The notes beneath the pieces are model-generated. The model was not told where the DNA came from and did not search any database. It worked only from the letters and a program-made list of their open reading frames with translations. Shown in pieces: positions 12,098 through 27,000 of a DNA stretch of 46,644 nucleotides. Numbering within the stretch: position 1 is the stretch's first letter; every line of letters starts with the position of its first letter. The position numbers and the translations under genes were made by a program. Origin of the DNA: Chiloscyllium plagiosum (Eukaryota); assembly GCF_004010195.1 (NCBI RefSeq), contig NC_057719.1:38302097-38348740 (forward strand), read 5' to 3'.

Positions 12098-15000
12098 GTA
12101 AGAAATCATTTATTAGAAATTCAGATGTATAATTTTGGTTAATATGAATGATCCCCCCCCCTTCATGTATTGCAATCATAGTTAAATGTATTGACTAACT
12201 TGACATATTTAAACTTGAATTTGTTTTATCTGAATAAATAATTGAAAAATATTTTACAAACCATTATGAGATGATGAAAGTGAAATACCAAGTCGAACAA
12301 AGGAAGTTGTCTGTTATTAAATTCTTGTAAATTGACTGATACTCTGGAATAAATAATAAGTGTGACAGCAATCCAGTTTCACAAGGAATAGTCATTCCAT
12401 CGATTCTTTTGGGGTCAATTTGGACCAACAGCTGATACGTCTTCTAGCAGGGAGCACATCCCGGATTCACTTCCATCCAAAAAGGGACACTTCATGCGGT
12501 GGGATATTGTTCTAACTGGGCCATAAACCTGCCTGCACTCTGTCCTACGATGTGACACCATTTGCACTTTGCCTCAATGTCATAGTTTTAGGATTAGGGG
12601 TAGCAGATTTAAAACGGATGAGCAGAAATTACTTCTCTCAAAGGGTTGTGAATCTAAGGAATTCACTCCCTCAGAGTGTGTGGTTGCTGGGGCATTGAAT
12701 AAATTTAAGGAGAAGATAGACAGATTTTGAATTAGTAATAGTTGAAAGGTTATAGAGTGGGCAGAAAAGTGGAGTTCAGGCCAAGATGAGATCTGCTGTG
12801 ATCATATTAAATGGTGGAGCAGGCTGGAAGGGCTGATTTGTCTTCTACTGCTGCAAGTTCTTATATACTTATGCAAGGTAATTAACTCGTCAAGTCTTTA
12901 GTTCAAAGAAATGGCAATCGAAAATGAGAGATTCTGATCTAGAGTTTTCCAGATGGATTCTTGGTATTAAGAATGTGTCCTTTTATATGTGCGAGTTATG
13001 TAACCAAAACATTGTGTCTGTGCTGTTTAGAATTTAAATTACTGTGACTTTTATGTTTATTAGATGTTTTATATTTCTAGGAGTCCGAAACCAGTTTGTC
13101 CAGTCGATAATGTGCCTTTATTTGAGAATACGGTAGGCAATTGAGAGAATAGTACAATTGTTTTTAAATTCACTTTTACCATTTAATCTGGATTAATTTT
13201 GACATGGCATGTCGTTTATTGTATTTTCAAAGATTTTCAAGGACATCTGCTGTAAAAAAGAGGTTCTTGCACTTCACGTCTTCTGTAGGAATGAGATAAA
13301 TGGCTGCAAGAAACAGCTACCTCTTGGAAATCTTGAGGTAAATGATATGATTCAGCATCTAACTTGAAAATCTTCAAGTTATTTTGATGTATTTTTGTAT
13401 TATAATTGGACTGAGGGTGTTATTAAGTTTTAATTTGGTTGTCGAATTTTAAAGACTCTTCGTTAATTCTTATAATTGCATGTAATGTTAAAATTTCATT
13501 ATGTATAAAAGTCAAAATAACTCTGTTACGACAACTAACATAAGAGATTGTGTTATGAGGGTTATAGTTTGAGAATTTAATTTTAAAAAAAATCAGAAAG
13601 TATTCTTTGTCACTGGCAAGACCAGCAATTAACATCCCTCCCTAAATACTCTTAAGAAAGTGGTGTTGAGGTGCCATCTTGAACTTTTGTTATTCATTTT
13701 TGGGATGTGGGCACCGCTGGTTGGGCCAGCATTTATTGTCCATTCCTTGTTGCCTTTGAGAGGGTGGTGGTTAGCTCTCTTCTTGACATGCTGCAGTCTA
13801 TCTGCTCTAGGGTGGGAATGGAATTAAGGAAGGAGTTGTAGGATTATGACCCAGCAACACTGAAGAAACAGTGATATATTTCCATGTCAGCATGGTGAGC
13901 GACTTGGAGGGGAACTTACAGGTGGTGGTGATCCAATATATCTGCTGGCCTTGTCCTTCTAGATGGTAGTGATTGTGTGTTTGGATGGTGCTATCTAAAG
14001 AGCCTTGAAAAATTTCTACAATGCATCTTTGCACATTCAATAAAGCTGCATTGAACTGAATAACTTGCTAGGCCATTTCAGAGGAAAATGAAGAATTGCC
14101 TATATTGCTGTGGGTGTGGGGATGTGTATAGGTTAGACTGATAAGGATGGTAATCGCTATTTGTGAACCAGTAGGTTTTGTTCACCATCAATATTTTCAT
14201 AGTCACCATTGCTGATAATCATTTTTTATTCCAGGTTGAATTAATTAGTTGAATTTAAATTCCCCAAATGCCTTTGAAGTCAGAGTTTCCAGATCTTTAC
14301 TAACCCAGTAATGTAACCAATATTCTACTGTGACCCCCAAAATCAAAAATAGATTATGTTTCAATATTGGAGGAAGTAATATCAATGTCAATATTTAGTT
14401 TTTGTTTTCTCTCTTTAAGGGTCACTTACTTGAATGTCCTCACCAGGAAGTCCGCTGTGCACGCAGGGGATGCACAGAAATGGTGCAAAGGAAAGATCTC
14501 GCTGACCATTTAAATTCAAGCTGTAAATATCGGGAGCAAACCTGTAAATACTGCAGGGATGAAGTTGCTATTGCTGAGTTAAAAGTAAGAACACCATTGA
14601 AATAAATGAATGCCTGTTTGTAACTTCTTCAATCTTTCAATGGGAGAGCTCTTTATGTTTATAAGATGTAATATTCCAAGTATATTGAAGGACAACTAGA
14701 ATTGTGCTGGCAGTTTTGGAGTAATTTATTGTTATCAATTAATAAATGCCATGCCACACTCATATGCCACCATTGTGGTTGATTCTGTGAATGCTGAATT
14801 GAAAAGCAGAACCAAAAAAAGTGGTAATCTCTGGATTATTACCCGAGCCACAAGCTAATTGGCACAGGTTAATCAACAAGATTAAAGAGGTAAACACGTG
14901 GCTGAACATGGGAGAAACAGGTTGATTCCATGGGACATTGGAACCCAGTACTGAGGAAGGAGGGAGCTGATCCAATGAAACGGGCTCCACCTGAATCATT

Positions 15001-18000
15001 CTAGGACCAGAGTCCAGGCCAATCATGTAACTAGGGCTGTGGATGGGGAATTAAACTAAATAGTTTGCAGATGGGGGTGGGGGCTGGGGGCATTGTTGGT
15101 TGTCAGTTGCACAGATAATTATGGAAAAAGTTCAAGGGAGGAAGGGCTCAGCAGAGGTTATTAAAGATTCCTGAGCAAGTAATAGGACAGAGAGTATGGA
15201 GGGGGTTACAAATCTACCTTCAGGATCAGCAGATAAGGGGACAACGCTGAGAAGGGGCAGTCAATGCACGATGGAGGGTATTGTACTTGTACACAGAATA
15301 CGAAACAAGGTAAATGAGCCGGTAGTGCAGATTAAAATTGGTTTGTATAACTCAATGGGTATCACCGAGATGTGGCTGCAGGGGAATCAGGGCTGGGAAC
15401 TAAATATCCAAGGATGTGCATCCTATTGAAAGGACAGGTAGATGGACAGGGGAGGTGGGATTGCTTTGTTAGTAAGAAATGAAATGTAATCAATAGCAAG
15501 AAGCAACATAGAGTCAGAATGCAAAGAATCTGTGTGGGTAGAGTTAAGGAATCACAAAGGGAAAAATGTACAGGCCTCCTAGCGGTAGTCAGGATGTGGG
15601 GATGAAAATAAATCAGGAGACACAAAAATCATGTAGGAAAGGCACTATTACAGTAGTCATGGGGGACTTCAATATACAGGTGGAATCCATGGCTGACAAG
15701 GGAAGTCAGGGACAGGATAAAAGCAAAAGCATACAATGTGGTCCTGCAATTACTGCTGCATCATCTTCCCTGCTAGGCTCCTCCTCCAATCAACTGGCCA
15801 GCTTCTCCCTTATGATCAGGTTTTTGATTAGTAAGGGGTGATTGGTTACAGGGAGAAGGCAGCAGAATGGGGTTAAGAAACGTATCAACCATGATCGAAT
15901 GATGGAGCAACATGATGGGTCAAATGGCCTGATTCTGTTTGTAAATCTTTGGTCTTATGGTGATCTCAGTAGTTCCTTACGTCTATTAGATGCCAGTTAA
16001 ATAAACAAGTCTTCTATGCCAAAAGGGTAAATGTTCTTATGATGGTCATTAACCTGGTCCCTCCTCGACCTAGTGAATTGTCTTCGAACATTTAACGATG
16101 ATAAAGATGCTAATCAAATATATATAATCATTATCTGAAAATGAGAAGTGCCCAGTATCCTTAAGAAAAGGGAAACTAAATCAGAGCATAGCTTTTACGC
16201 CTTCCCTTAGACTCTTAAGAGAAGATTTGACGAAGAGCAGAGTCCTTTCACTGGGAATGATGTGAGATGCTGCATCAGCAAAACATCAACCACGTCAACT
16301 GTGAATTATTTTTTACTTCAGTTCAGTACTGAGGGTGTCTGAGATTTGCAGAAGGTTTGAGTAATTTTATAAGAACACTTTTGATTTCAGGCATAAGCTG
16401 TGGTTATTTCTGCCTTGCATAACAATACTTGACATTTTATTCCCTATCCGGCGATAGTGTTTTTTAACCAGTAACGGTAGGAGAGGTGTTAACCAGAACA
16501 GCGACAATTTATTCACAAATTAGTAATACTTGGGTAAATTTATGACCAAAGTGATGCTGTTGGCTTTTTTTTCCCCTAAGCACTTGAAAGAGAATGATGG
16601 CCTTCAGGGATGTTTTTTTTGCTTCTTCTGATTTTGTACAAAGTGAATCACAGTGAAAGCTAAACCAGGGTCTAATTCTTCTTTAATCCTGACTGTCTCT
16701 AGTAAAATCCATTTCTGCTATTTACTGCCTAATCTGAGGCAGAAGCACCGATGACTTTCAGAGCTACACCAGATCTGCATTTTATACAGGAATGCAGACA
16801 ATTGCTTTGATATAAAACCTGTATGTGAACCTGTACCCTGCTGGACAAACAGAATTTTTAATACCTTTCAGTCAGTCACATCCTGTATTAAGTGCATTGT
16901 GTGTTAATCTGATCTGTCAATCATTAAAGGAAAATGCCAGGGCTGTAACTTATCTTGAGTGGGATCATTTGGTGAGACCATGGGAAACTAGTGCCTGTGA
17001 CACTAATTCTCAGGCGAAGCCAACCTGTTCAGAAGTGGGCAGAAATTTTCTTTGGGTGAGATGGAGAGGTGGGAGGGAGAAGCAAGACAGATTTTAAATG
17101 TACTGAAAGTGAAATGTGTCAAAGTTAATAAATTCATTGCAAATGATTGATTTTCAACATTTCTGATCAATTGTCTTCAAACAGCCATCACTCTAAGGAG
17201 TTTAACTACTTAACATATAGTTTTGTAACTAATTAAAATCAACTCCATTAAAAAATGTACAGACCTTTCATGACTAGAAACAAACAAATGATTTTAAAGT
17301 AAAAGACCAAAGTACACCCCTGAGTAGTGCTGTTAAAATCCTTTGGGGGGAGTGGTATTTAAGGAAATTGAAGGTTTCTCTTCCTTTTCGTAGAAACATG
17401 AAGAATTTGACTGTCTGTCATTCCCAGTGCCATGTCCCAATAAGTGCAATGCTCGTATTCTGAGGGGAGAGGTAAGTGGATATTTTTAATTTCCTGTGTG
17501 AAGTGTTGGGAACTGGATATTTCATATTGAAGATATATGTAGTACGGGAATATGTAGTGTAGGACCAAAATTCCTATTGATGGAAAATGAGAGGGAGCAG
17601 CAATTGGTCACTTCTACAATGGCTTTCTATCATGAGCCCTGGAGTTTACTTTTTAGGATCTGCTGAGTGTGCATCCTAATCTGAATTATAAGATTAAAAC
17701 AGTCTGTCATTCCCTTCCTAAATGAAAACTGAATTATTGAGATGGGGATTTCTCATTGCTTTTATGTGCTCAGTCATAATGCTGTCTAATCTCAATTGCT
17801 GAAAGCCAGGGTAGGCAACTATGCTTGAAGAGAGCTGAATGGTTTCCAATGCAAACTACGAATAGAGAGTTTCTGAAAGTTTTATAACACATTGTGTCCT
17901 TTGACCCATTGAACTAAAAAAAAAATCAGTTCTTTACTATGGCATAATTGTGCTGAGAATATAAGAAAATTGCGTTGATTAATGAAGATGAGTTTATAGT

Positions 18001-21000
18001 TCAATTATACACAGCACACAGAGATGTTGGAAATCTCAAAGTACTAGAAACACTCAGCAGATCGCATGGCATCATGGAGGGAGAAACTGCATTAATATTT
18101 CATGTTGATGCACCTTCACAAGAGCTTTCTAATATTAACATTAAATTTTAGAGCATTTAAATAAAGAAAAAAAATTATTAGAAGTATTCAGTAGCTATAC
18201 ATTGCCACCTCTGATACTTTGACAAGTTTTCTGTTAGGTGTTATAAATAGCTTTCCATTTACATTTAGATTATTCCTGTATGAAAGTTCTTGATTTGAGA
18301 TGCTCATTATTGCAACACATTTAACTATTATGCTCTGTTTTCTACTTGCAGTTAAATAGTCATCAGTTGCAATGTCTCAATGTGGTCATGACTTGCCCTT
18401 TCTCTAAGTATGGATGCAACTTCCAAGTTAGTACAAAATCTTATTAATTTTGCTGATATAAAAGCCTTATTGTAAACATAGAAAAAAACAAGTCTAGAAA
18501 ATAGTATTTAAATTCAATGGTAGACCTTCTTTCAAATGGAAGCAATTCTTGAAGTTATGAAGTTATAATGAAAAGAAAAAATGCTCAGCTTTTTTTTGGT
18601 TGCACTATCGATGTTGCATTTACTATGTATTATACAAAACTGAAGCCATACTTTCATGAATACACGTAGTATATGTTTTGATAAGCTGGTTCAGTTTACT
18701 GAATTTCTTTGGTTTAACATTGCTGTGAATCTATATTTCTGAGCTTTTTCCATTGTTTTCTCTACATGCTATATTGAATTTTATTGTTTGCTGTTTTAGG
18801 GAACCAACCAGCAACTTAAAATGCATGAAGCTGATAGTATGGCTCAACATTTGAACTCTGTGTTGATGAAGAATGGAGATCTCGAAACTACGGTAATCAG
18901 AGCAAGGAATAGTGTGAATTTGCTTGGTCTATCAAATTGTTTACTTTTAAATCAATGGAATTGTTTTTAAAGGAGCATGCTTGCTCTATTGAGAAACTGA
19001 AAAGCGTGTTCACTTGATCGCTTTTGGTTGACTGTTGCATGTGATGGCAGTCACAAGACAGCTTTGGTGGGGTCAGTGGATGTTGTGATAAGAGGGCAGA
19101 GGAAGAGATCAGCAAGATTGTTTTCATTTTAACCAGCCAAAATAAATGACTGCAAGAGGTTATGAGAGCCTGGTATATTTCTTTATTCTTGCGAATACAG
19201 AATTACCACCAATATCAAAAACACATCATGTCAATGGTTTCAAGCAGTATGTAACAGCAGGAGAAGGGACAGCATCATAGGTCATGATGCCTCTGAACCC
19301 ACTAATCACAATATGCCATAAATTATGATCACAAATTAAAAGTTATAGTATTGTTCAAATGATATTTTTTAAAAATAAACTCATTATTACAAATTAATCA
19401 AAATTTGCTTGGTGTTTTACAAGCATCACAGCAAGTTATATTTTATAGGCCTAAATACAATGTCAACATGAAGCATAGACAAACACATTCAATGAATTGT
19501 GAAGGTAATTCTGTCCCAGTAATCACAGCAAATTGCACGCAAGTTTTAAGCCTTTTTTCTGAAAACAACTTAATTTTAGTTAATTACTAGTACTCAAAGC
19601 AAGAAAATTCTTTTGGCATGGCTAACAGAAGTGAAATTCCATTCTGAATGATGTTGACAGTAAGCATGTGGCTATAAGCAGGCAGTCAAAACAGCAAATG
19701 GTATGTTGGCCTTCACAGCGAGATGATTCAGGTACAGGAGCATGGATATCTTGCTGCAATTATACAGGGCCTTGGTGAGACCACACCTGGAGTATTGTGG
19801 GCAGTTTTCGTCTCCTTTTCTGCTATAGAGAAATTGCAGCGGATGTTTACCGGACTGATTGTTGGGGTGATAGGACTGACGTATGTCGAAAGACTGGATC
19901 AGTTAGGACGATATTTACTGGAGTTTAGAAGATTGAGGGTGGGGATTTCCAAAAAATCTATAAAATTGTAATGGGATTAGACAGGATAAACGCAGGAAGG
20001 ATGTCCAGAGCTAGGAATCACATTCTAAAGACATGAAAGGCCATTTAGGACTGAGTTGAGGAGAAATGTTTTCACCCAGAGAGTAATGATCCTGAGGAAT
20101 TCTCTGCCAGAGAACGTGGTTGAGGCTAAAGCATTGAATGTTTTCAAGGAGGAGTTCGATACAGTTCATGGGGCCAAACAGACCAAAGCGTATGGGGTGA
20201 ATTGAGAACAGGGGACTGTGTTGGATGAGCAGCCATGATCATGTTGAGGGGCGGAGCAGGCTCAAAGGACTGAATGGCCTACTCCTGTTCCTATTTTATA
20301 TTTTTATATTTCTATGATATTAGCTTTCCAAAATATTTCTGGACCAAATAATCAATGTATCCAGTTGGGTGAGGTGCCTGTAAGGGAAAATAATGGAGTA
20401 AATATGTCTCCTTTTTTAAAAACACAATTGCAGTGCTTGAATTCTTGGTTTACACAAAGCAGAAAGCTGAAAGGAATGAACCAGATTTGTAGGTTACATT
20501 TTGTATTTCTAGTGCATACAGCCAGATCAATGTGTATGATTAATACTGCAGAGATGCACGGTATGTTTTGTACTGGACTCCCATTAGTCATATTTCAGCC
20601 TCCCACTGCCACACCATCCTCGGCTGATATCTACACTGCTGCCCACCATGTGCATGCCTGTGCCCGCCCACGCCAGACTAATCAACCCTCTGCAGGTGTT
20701 TGATGGATAGTGCCAGCGACTAATGGAAAGCCAAGCAAGGACCGCGCCCCCCCCCATCTCCTTCATGATCTTCTGTCCCCTACACCCACTTGTCATTCGT
20801 ACAGGAAATAAGTGGGAGGTGGTAGTAGGAAATGAAAGCTGACTTACCACTGAAATGATTAACTAGTGATGCACAGTATCATTTTTTCATATAGAAAGTA
20901 ACTGTGGAGAATATTGTTAAAGCCTAGACTACCACCATCAATCGCCATTACGCTCTTTCCCCCCCCCCCCAAAACAAGGTCGTAGATGCCCTAGTTTTGC

Positions 21001-24000
21001 ACCTAGTGCACACACTCCCTTAGGCCTTGAGTCGCAAGAATGCTGTCGTTGGTTAAATTGTTTGTTTCAACGTTTAAGTCATATTTGCAATCGTTTAGAA
21101 AAAATTGAAACCCCTGTTGTGAGCGATTGATACAAAGGAGTTCCCTTTTACAGATAAACTGTGTTGTTTCACCTCACCTCTCATTATGATCTTGCTATTG
21201 TTATCCTACATAAATATCCAGTCTATAACATAAATTCCATTCATACTGCAATTAGCTCAGGCTGTGCACTATTGGAATGACTTACTAAGGTAAAGCAGAT
21301 GTATGTTGTTATCATTATCACACACCCCAAGTTTGATAACTGAACATAGAACATAGAACATTGCAGCGCAATACAGACCCTTTGGCCCTCAATGTTGTAC
21401 CAACCTGTGAAATTAATCTGATGCCCATCTAACCTACACCATTCCATTATTATCCATATGTATGTTCAATGCCCATTTAAATGCCCTTAACATTGGCACG
21501 TCTACTACCGTTGCAGGCAGGCCGTTCCACACCCCTACTACTCTCTGAGTAAAGAAGCTACCCCTGATATCTGTCCTAAATCTATCACCCCTCAATTTAA
21601 AGCTATGTCTTCTCATGTTAGCCTTCACCATCCGAGGAAAAAGCTCTCACTGTCCACCCTATCTCACCCTATTAAGTTACCTCTCAACCATGCACCTGGA
21701 CACCAAGAGCCCTCTGTTCATCTACACTGCCAAGAATTTTACAATTAGCCCAGTACTCTGCATTCCTGTTACTACTTCCGAAGTGAACTACCTCACACTT
21801 TTCCACATTAAACTCCATTTGCTACCTCTGAGCTCAGCTCCGCATATTATCTATGTGCCTCTGCAACCCACAACATCTTTCGGCACTATCCACAACTTTG
21901 CCTCCTTTAGTGTCATCTGCAAATTTACTAACCCATCCTTCTATGCCCACATCCAGATCATTTATAAAAATGACAAACAACAGTGGCCTGGAAACAGATC
22001 CTTGTGGCACACCTCTGGTAACTGAGCTCTAGGATGAACACCACCCTCTGTCTTTTTTCAGCTAGCCAATTTCTGATCCAAACCACTAAATCACCTTCAA
22101 TCCTGAAACTCTGTATTTTGAGAAATAGCCTACCATGTGGAACCTTATCAAATGCCTTACTGAAGTCCATATACACCACATCAACCTTTTTACCTTCAGC
22201 CACCTGTTTTGTCACCTTCTCCAAGAACTCAATAAAGTTAGTTAGGCACAACCTACCCTTCACAAAATCGTGTTGACTATCCTAATCAAATTATTCTTTT
22301 CCAGATGATCATAAATCCTATCTCTTATAACCTTTTCCAACATCTTACCCACAACCGAAGTAAGGCTCTCTGGCCTATGATTATCAGGGTTATCCCAACT
22401 CCCCTCAAACAAGGGAACAACATTTGCTAACCTCCAGTCTTCTGGCACTACTCCTGTCGACAATGATGACAAAAAGATCAAAGCCAAAGGCTCTGCGGTC
22501 TCCTCCCTGGCTTCCCAGAGAATCCGAGGGCAAATCCTTTCCGGCCCAGGGGTCTTATCTATTTTCAGATCTTCCAAAATTGCTAAAATCTCCTCTTTGT
22601 CAATCGCTATCCCATCTAATCTAGTAGCCTGTATCTTCGTATTCTCACTAACATTGCCCTTTTCCGATGTGAATACTGACGAGAAGTATTCTTCCCCTAC
22701 GTAGAATCCCCTATGTCCTCAGATTCCACACATGATTTCCCACTACTGAGTTTGATTTGCCCTAATCTTACTCTCGTCATTCTTTTATTCCTGATATACC
22801 TATAGAAGGCCTTAGGATTTTCCTTGATCCTATCCGCCAACAACTTCTCATGTCCCCTCCTGGTCCTCCTTAGCTCTCTCTTTAGATCTTTTCTGGCTAA
22901 CTTATAACTCTCAACCCCCCCCCCAACTGAGCTTTCATCCCTCATCTTCACATAAGCCGCCTTCTTTCTCTTGACAAAAACTTCAACTTCTTTAGTAAAC
23001 CATAGCTCCCTCTCTCGACAACAATCTCCCTGCTTGATAGGTATATACTTAGCAAGGACCCACAATAGCTGTTCCTTGAATAAGCTCCACATTTGAAGTG
23101 TGTCCCCTGCAGTTTCCTTCCCCATCTTCTGAATCCTAAACCTTGCCTAATTGCATCATAATTGCCTTTCCCGCAGTTACACCTCGTTCCCTGCATTATA
23201 TACCTATCCTTGCCCATTGCTATAGTAAACATAACCGAATTGTGGTCACTATTGCCAAAGTGCTCACCTACCTCCAAATCTAACACCTGGCCCAGTTCAT
23301 TTCCCAGTACCAAATCCAATATGGCACCGCCTCTTGTTGGCCTGTCTATATACTGTGTCAGAAAGCCCTCCTGCATGCATTGAACAAAAACTAACCAATC
23401 TAAACTACTTTAACTTCCCCAATATTGACTGAGAATACTATAGTTCAAGTCACCTATAACAACTACCCTGTTACTCTCACTCCTATCAAGAATCATTTTT
23501 GCTATCCTTTCCTCTACATCCCTGGAACAATTTGGAGGCCTATAGGGAACCCCATTGGGGTAACCTCTCCTTCCTGTTTCTAACCTTAGCCCATACTACC
23601 TCAGTGGATGAGTCCTCAAGCGTTATCACAGCTGCTGTAATACTACTCTTGATTAATAATGCCACCTCCCCCTCCTTTTACCAACTTTTCTGTTCTTGCT
23701 GAAACTAGTTTGTTTGATCCTTGGTGTTTGTTGATTTTTTCCCAGGATGATGGGATCCTAGCTCTGTAATCTTGTGCTGTCCTCAAATTCTGGCCTACTG
23801 TACAATTCCCAATTTTGATTGCATCATAGTTGGTGGCTACGGCCTGAACTCTGGAATATCCACTCAACACTTTCCTCCTTTAAGACACTCCTTAAAATCT
23901 ACCTCTTTGACCAAATGTTTGCCTATCTATCTGTGATGAAGCTTGAGGTCATACTCTTTGATGTCATTCTGCTGTGAAGCACTTTGGGAAGTTTTATCAT

Positions 24001-27000
24001 GTTTAAGACACAGTATAAATAATTGTATTTTTGCTAAAGTAATTGGTGGAATATTTAATTATAACTCATTTTGCGTTTAAACAGCATACTTTGTATTAAT
24101 TGTGTTGAGTGGCACTATCACTGTGCTAATTGGGACAGATTTTGAACAGATCTAGCAACTCCAGACTGGGCATCCATGAGGGGCTTTGGGCCATCAAAAG
24201 CAGAAGGATTGTACTCCAGCAATCTGCAACACCATGGCCCAGCATATCCCCCACTCAACCATTACCATCAAGCCAGGGGATCAACCCTGGCTCAGTGGAA
24301 ACTGCAGGAGGGCATTCCAGGAGCAGCACCATGTATAACCTGGTGAAGATGCCAAACAGGACTACTTCGATGCTAAACAACATAAACAGCAAATGATAGA
24401 CAGAGCTAAGCGATCCCCCAACCAAAGAATCAGAACTCTGCCGTCCTGCCACATGATGAATGGTGGTGGACAATTAACTCACTGGAGGAGGATGAAGCTC
24501 CACAAATATCCCCATTCTCGATAATAGAAGAGCTCAGCATATCTGAAGGTAAGGCTGAAGCTTTTGTAGCTATCTTCAGCCAGAAGTGTCAAGTGATTGA
24601 TTCACTGTGACCTTCTCCAAAGCACCCCAGAACCACAGATACCAGTCTTCAGCCAATTCACTTCACTCCACGTGATTTCTAGAAGCAGTTGGAGACACTG
24701 GATAATGTGAAGGCTATGGGCCCTGACAAATTTCAACAATAATACTGAAGACTTGTGCTCCTGAACTCCACTAGCCAAACTGTTTCAGTATAATTTGAGC
24801 ATTGGCATTTGCCTGACAAATATGAAAATTTGTCCAGGTATATCCTATACTCAAAAAGCTGGGCACATTCAAACTAGCCAACTACCTCCCCATCGGTCTA
24901 CTCTCAATCATCAGTAAAGTGATGGATGTTGTCATCAACGGTGCTATCTAGCAGCACCTGCTCAGTGACTCCCAGTTTGGGTTCCACCAGGGCCACTCAG
25001 CTCCTGACTTCATTACAGCCTTGGCTTAAACATGGACAAAAGAGCAGAGTTCCAAAGGTGAGGGAAGATTGACAGCCCTTGACATCAAGGCTGCATTCTA
25101 CCAGGTGTGATATCAAGGAGCCCTAGCAAAACTGGAATCAGTGGATATCAGATCTAAGCTTTGCGGTCCTGCCACATCCAGTCATGAATGGTGATGAACA
25201 GTTAAACAACTTGCAGGAGGAGGAGAAGACGCCATCAATATCCCTGTTCATTGGTGTCACATCTGGCACATAGGGAGATGGTTGTGGTTGTAGGATGTCC
25301 GTCTCCTTAGCTCTAGGACATCTCCGCCGGAGTTCTAGGCCTAACCATCTTCAGCTGCTTGCAACCATTGCAAGGTCAGAAGTGGGGATGTTCAACAATG
25401 ATTGCTCAATGTTCAGCACAATTTGTGACTCCACCACTAAGGTAGTCCACGTTCAATTGGGACTAAAATCCAGACAATATCTAGGCTTGGGCTGACAATT
25501 GGAAAGTAACATTTGTGCCATGTAAATGCCAGACAATGACCATCTCTAATAAGAAACAATCTAGCCACTACCGCTTGACATTCAATGGTATTACCATCTC
25601 TGACGGCCACACTATCAACACCTTTGGGTTACCATCAATCAGAAACTCAACTGGACTTGCCTCATAAATACAGTGGCTACAAGAGCAGGTCAGAGGCTAG
25701 GAATATTGTGGAGAGTAACTCATCCCCTGACTCCCCATTTGCCTGTCCACCAACTACAAGACACATCAGGAGTGTGATGGAATATTCCCTACTTGCTTAG
25801 ATGGGTGCAGCTCCTGCAATACTCAAGAAGCTTGACACCATCAGGACAAAGCAGCCTGCTTGATTGGCACCACATCCATAAGTATCCACTCCCTCCACAG
25901 CCAGTGTTCAGTCACAGTAGTATGTACTATCTACAAGCTACTCTGTAGAAATTTACCAAAGATCCTCATACAGCACTTTGCAAACCTATGACCTCTTCTA
26001 CCTAGAAAGACAAGGGTAGCCGATATATGGGAATACCACCATCTGCAAATTACCCTCGAAACCACTCGCCATCCTGCCTTGCAACTACATATCCATTCCA
26101 TCACTGTCATTGATCAAAATCCTGGAATTCTCTGCCCAGTGGCATTGTGAGCCAACCCGCAGCATGAGGACTGCAGCAGTTCAAAAAGTGGATGTGTCAG
26201 TTTTGGACTGGGGTGGACAAAGTTAAAAATTGCACAAGACCAAGTTATAGTCCAACAGGTTATTTGGAAGCACTAGCTTTTGCTCCTTCATCAGATAACT
26301 CGTGGGGCAGGATCATAAGACACAGAATTTAGAGCAAAAGATAATAGTAGAAGAGCACAGTTGCCTTCTCAAGGGCAACTAGGGACGGGTAATAAATGCT
26401 GGCCAGCCATGTCCCACACGTGAACTTTTAAAAATAATTAATACGAGAAGTACTTTCAGTTTCACTTTCCTGGAAACAATAACTTTTATCTTTGAAAGAT
26501 TTGATGCAAATCATTCCTTTTTTAAATAAAAGTTCACACTAGAATAGATGCCCTGTCTCCTAAGATTTATTTCCAAGTTTGTCATCCACACTCTCATCCA
26601 GTGTTTCTCTTTTGGTTTCTCATTCTGTGGGGCTTTTTAATCCATTGGAAATCCCAGGAGATTCTGTCACTTCCTCTTTGACATAAGATAAAGGAACACT
26701 GTAACTGTAAACACCATCATTTAAAAAAAATGCCAATGCTGAGTTATTCAGCTATCTCATTGACATTGCTGCTTCCTCCTTCCCCCACTGTGAGGTCAGA
26801 GTTTAAATACTTCTGCAGCGATTCTGACTATCTCATGGTAACCCAGTTTAATGTTGTAAATCCTGCATGAAATTAATTCAAGCAGTGACATAACATGATT
26901 TCATAGTAAAGTGAACAAAATTTCTACTTAAAATGTACCTCAGATCAGCTGACTGTTGTGAAATACAAGGTGCTACTGTCATGATTTAGTTAAATGATAA

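Noticed and set aside
19941..19950. kB-like GGGGATTTCC
   Set aside because: Inside a decayed LINE coding remnant and isolated; likely chance.
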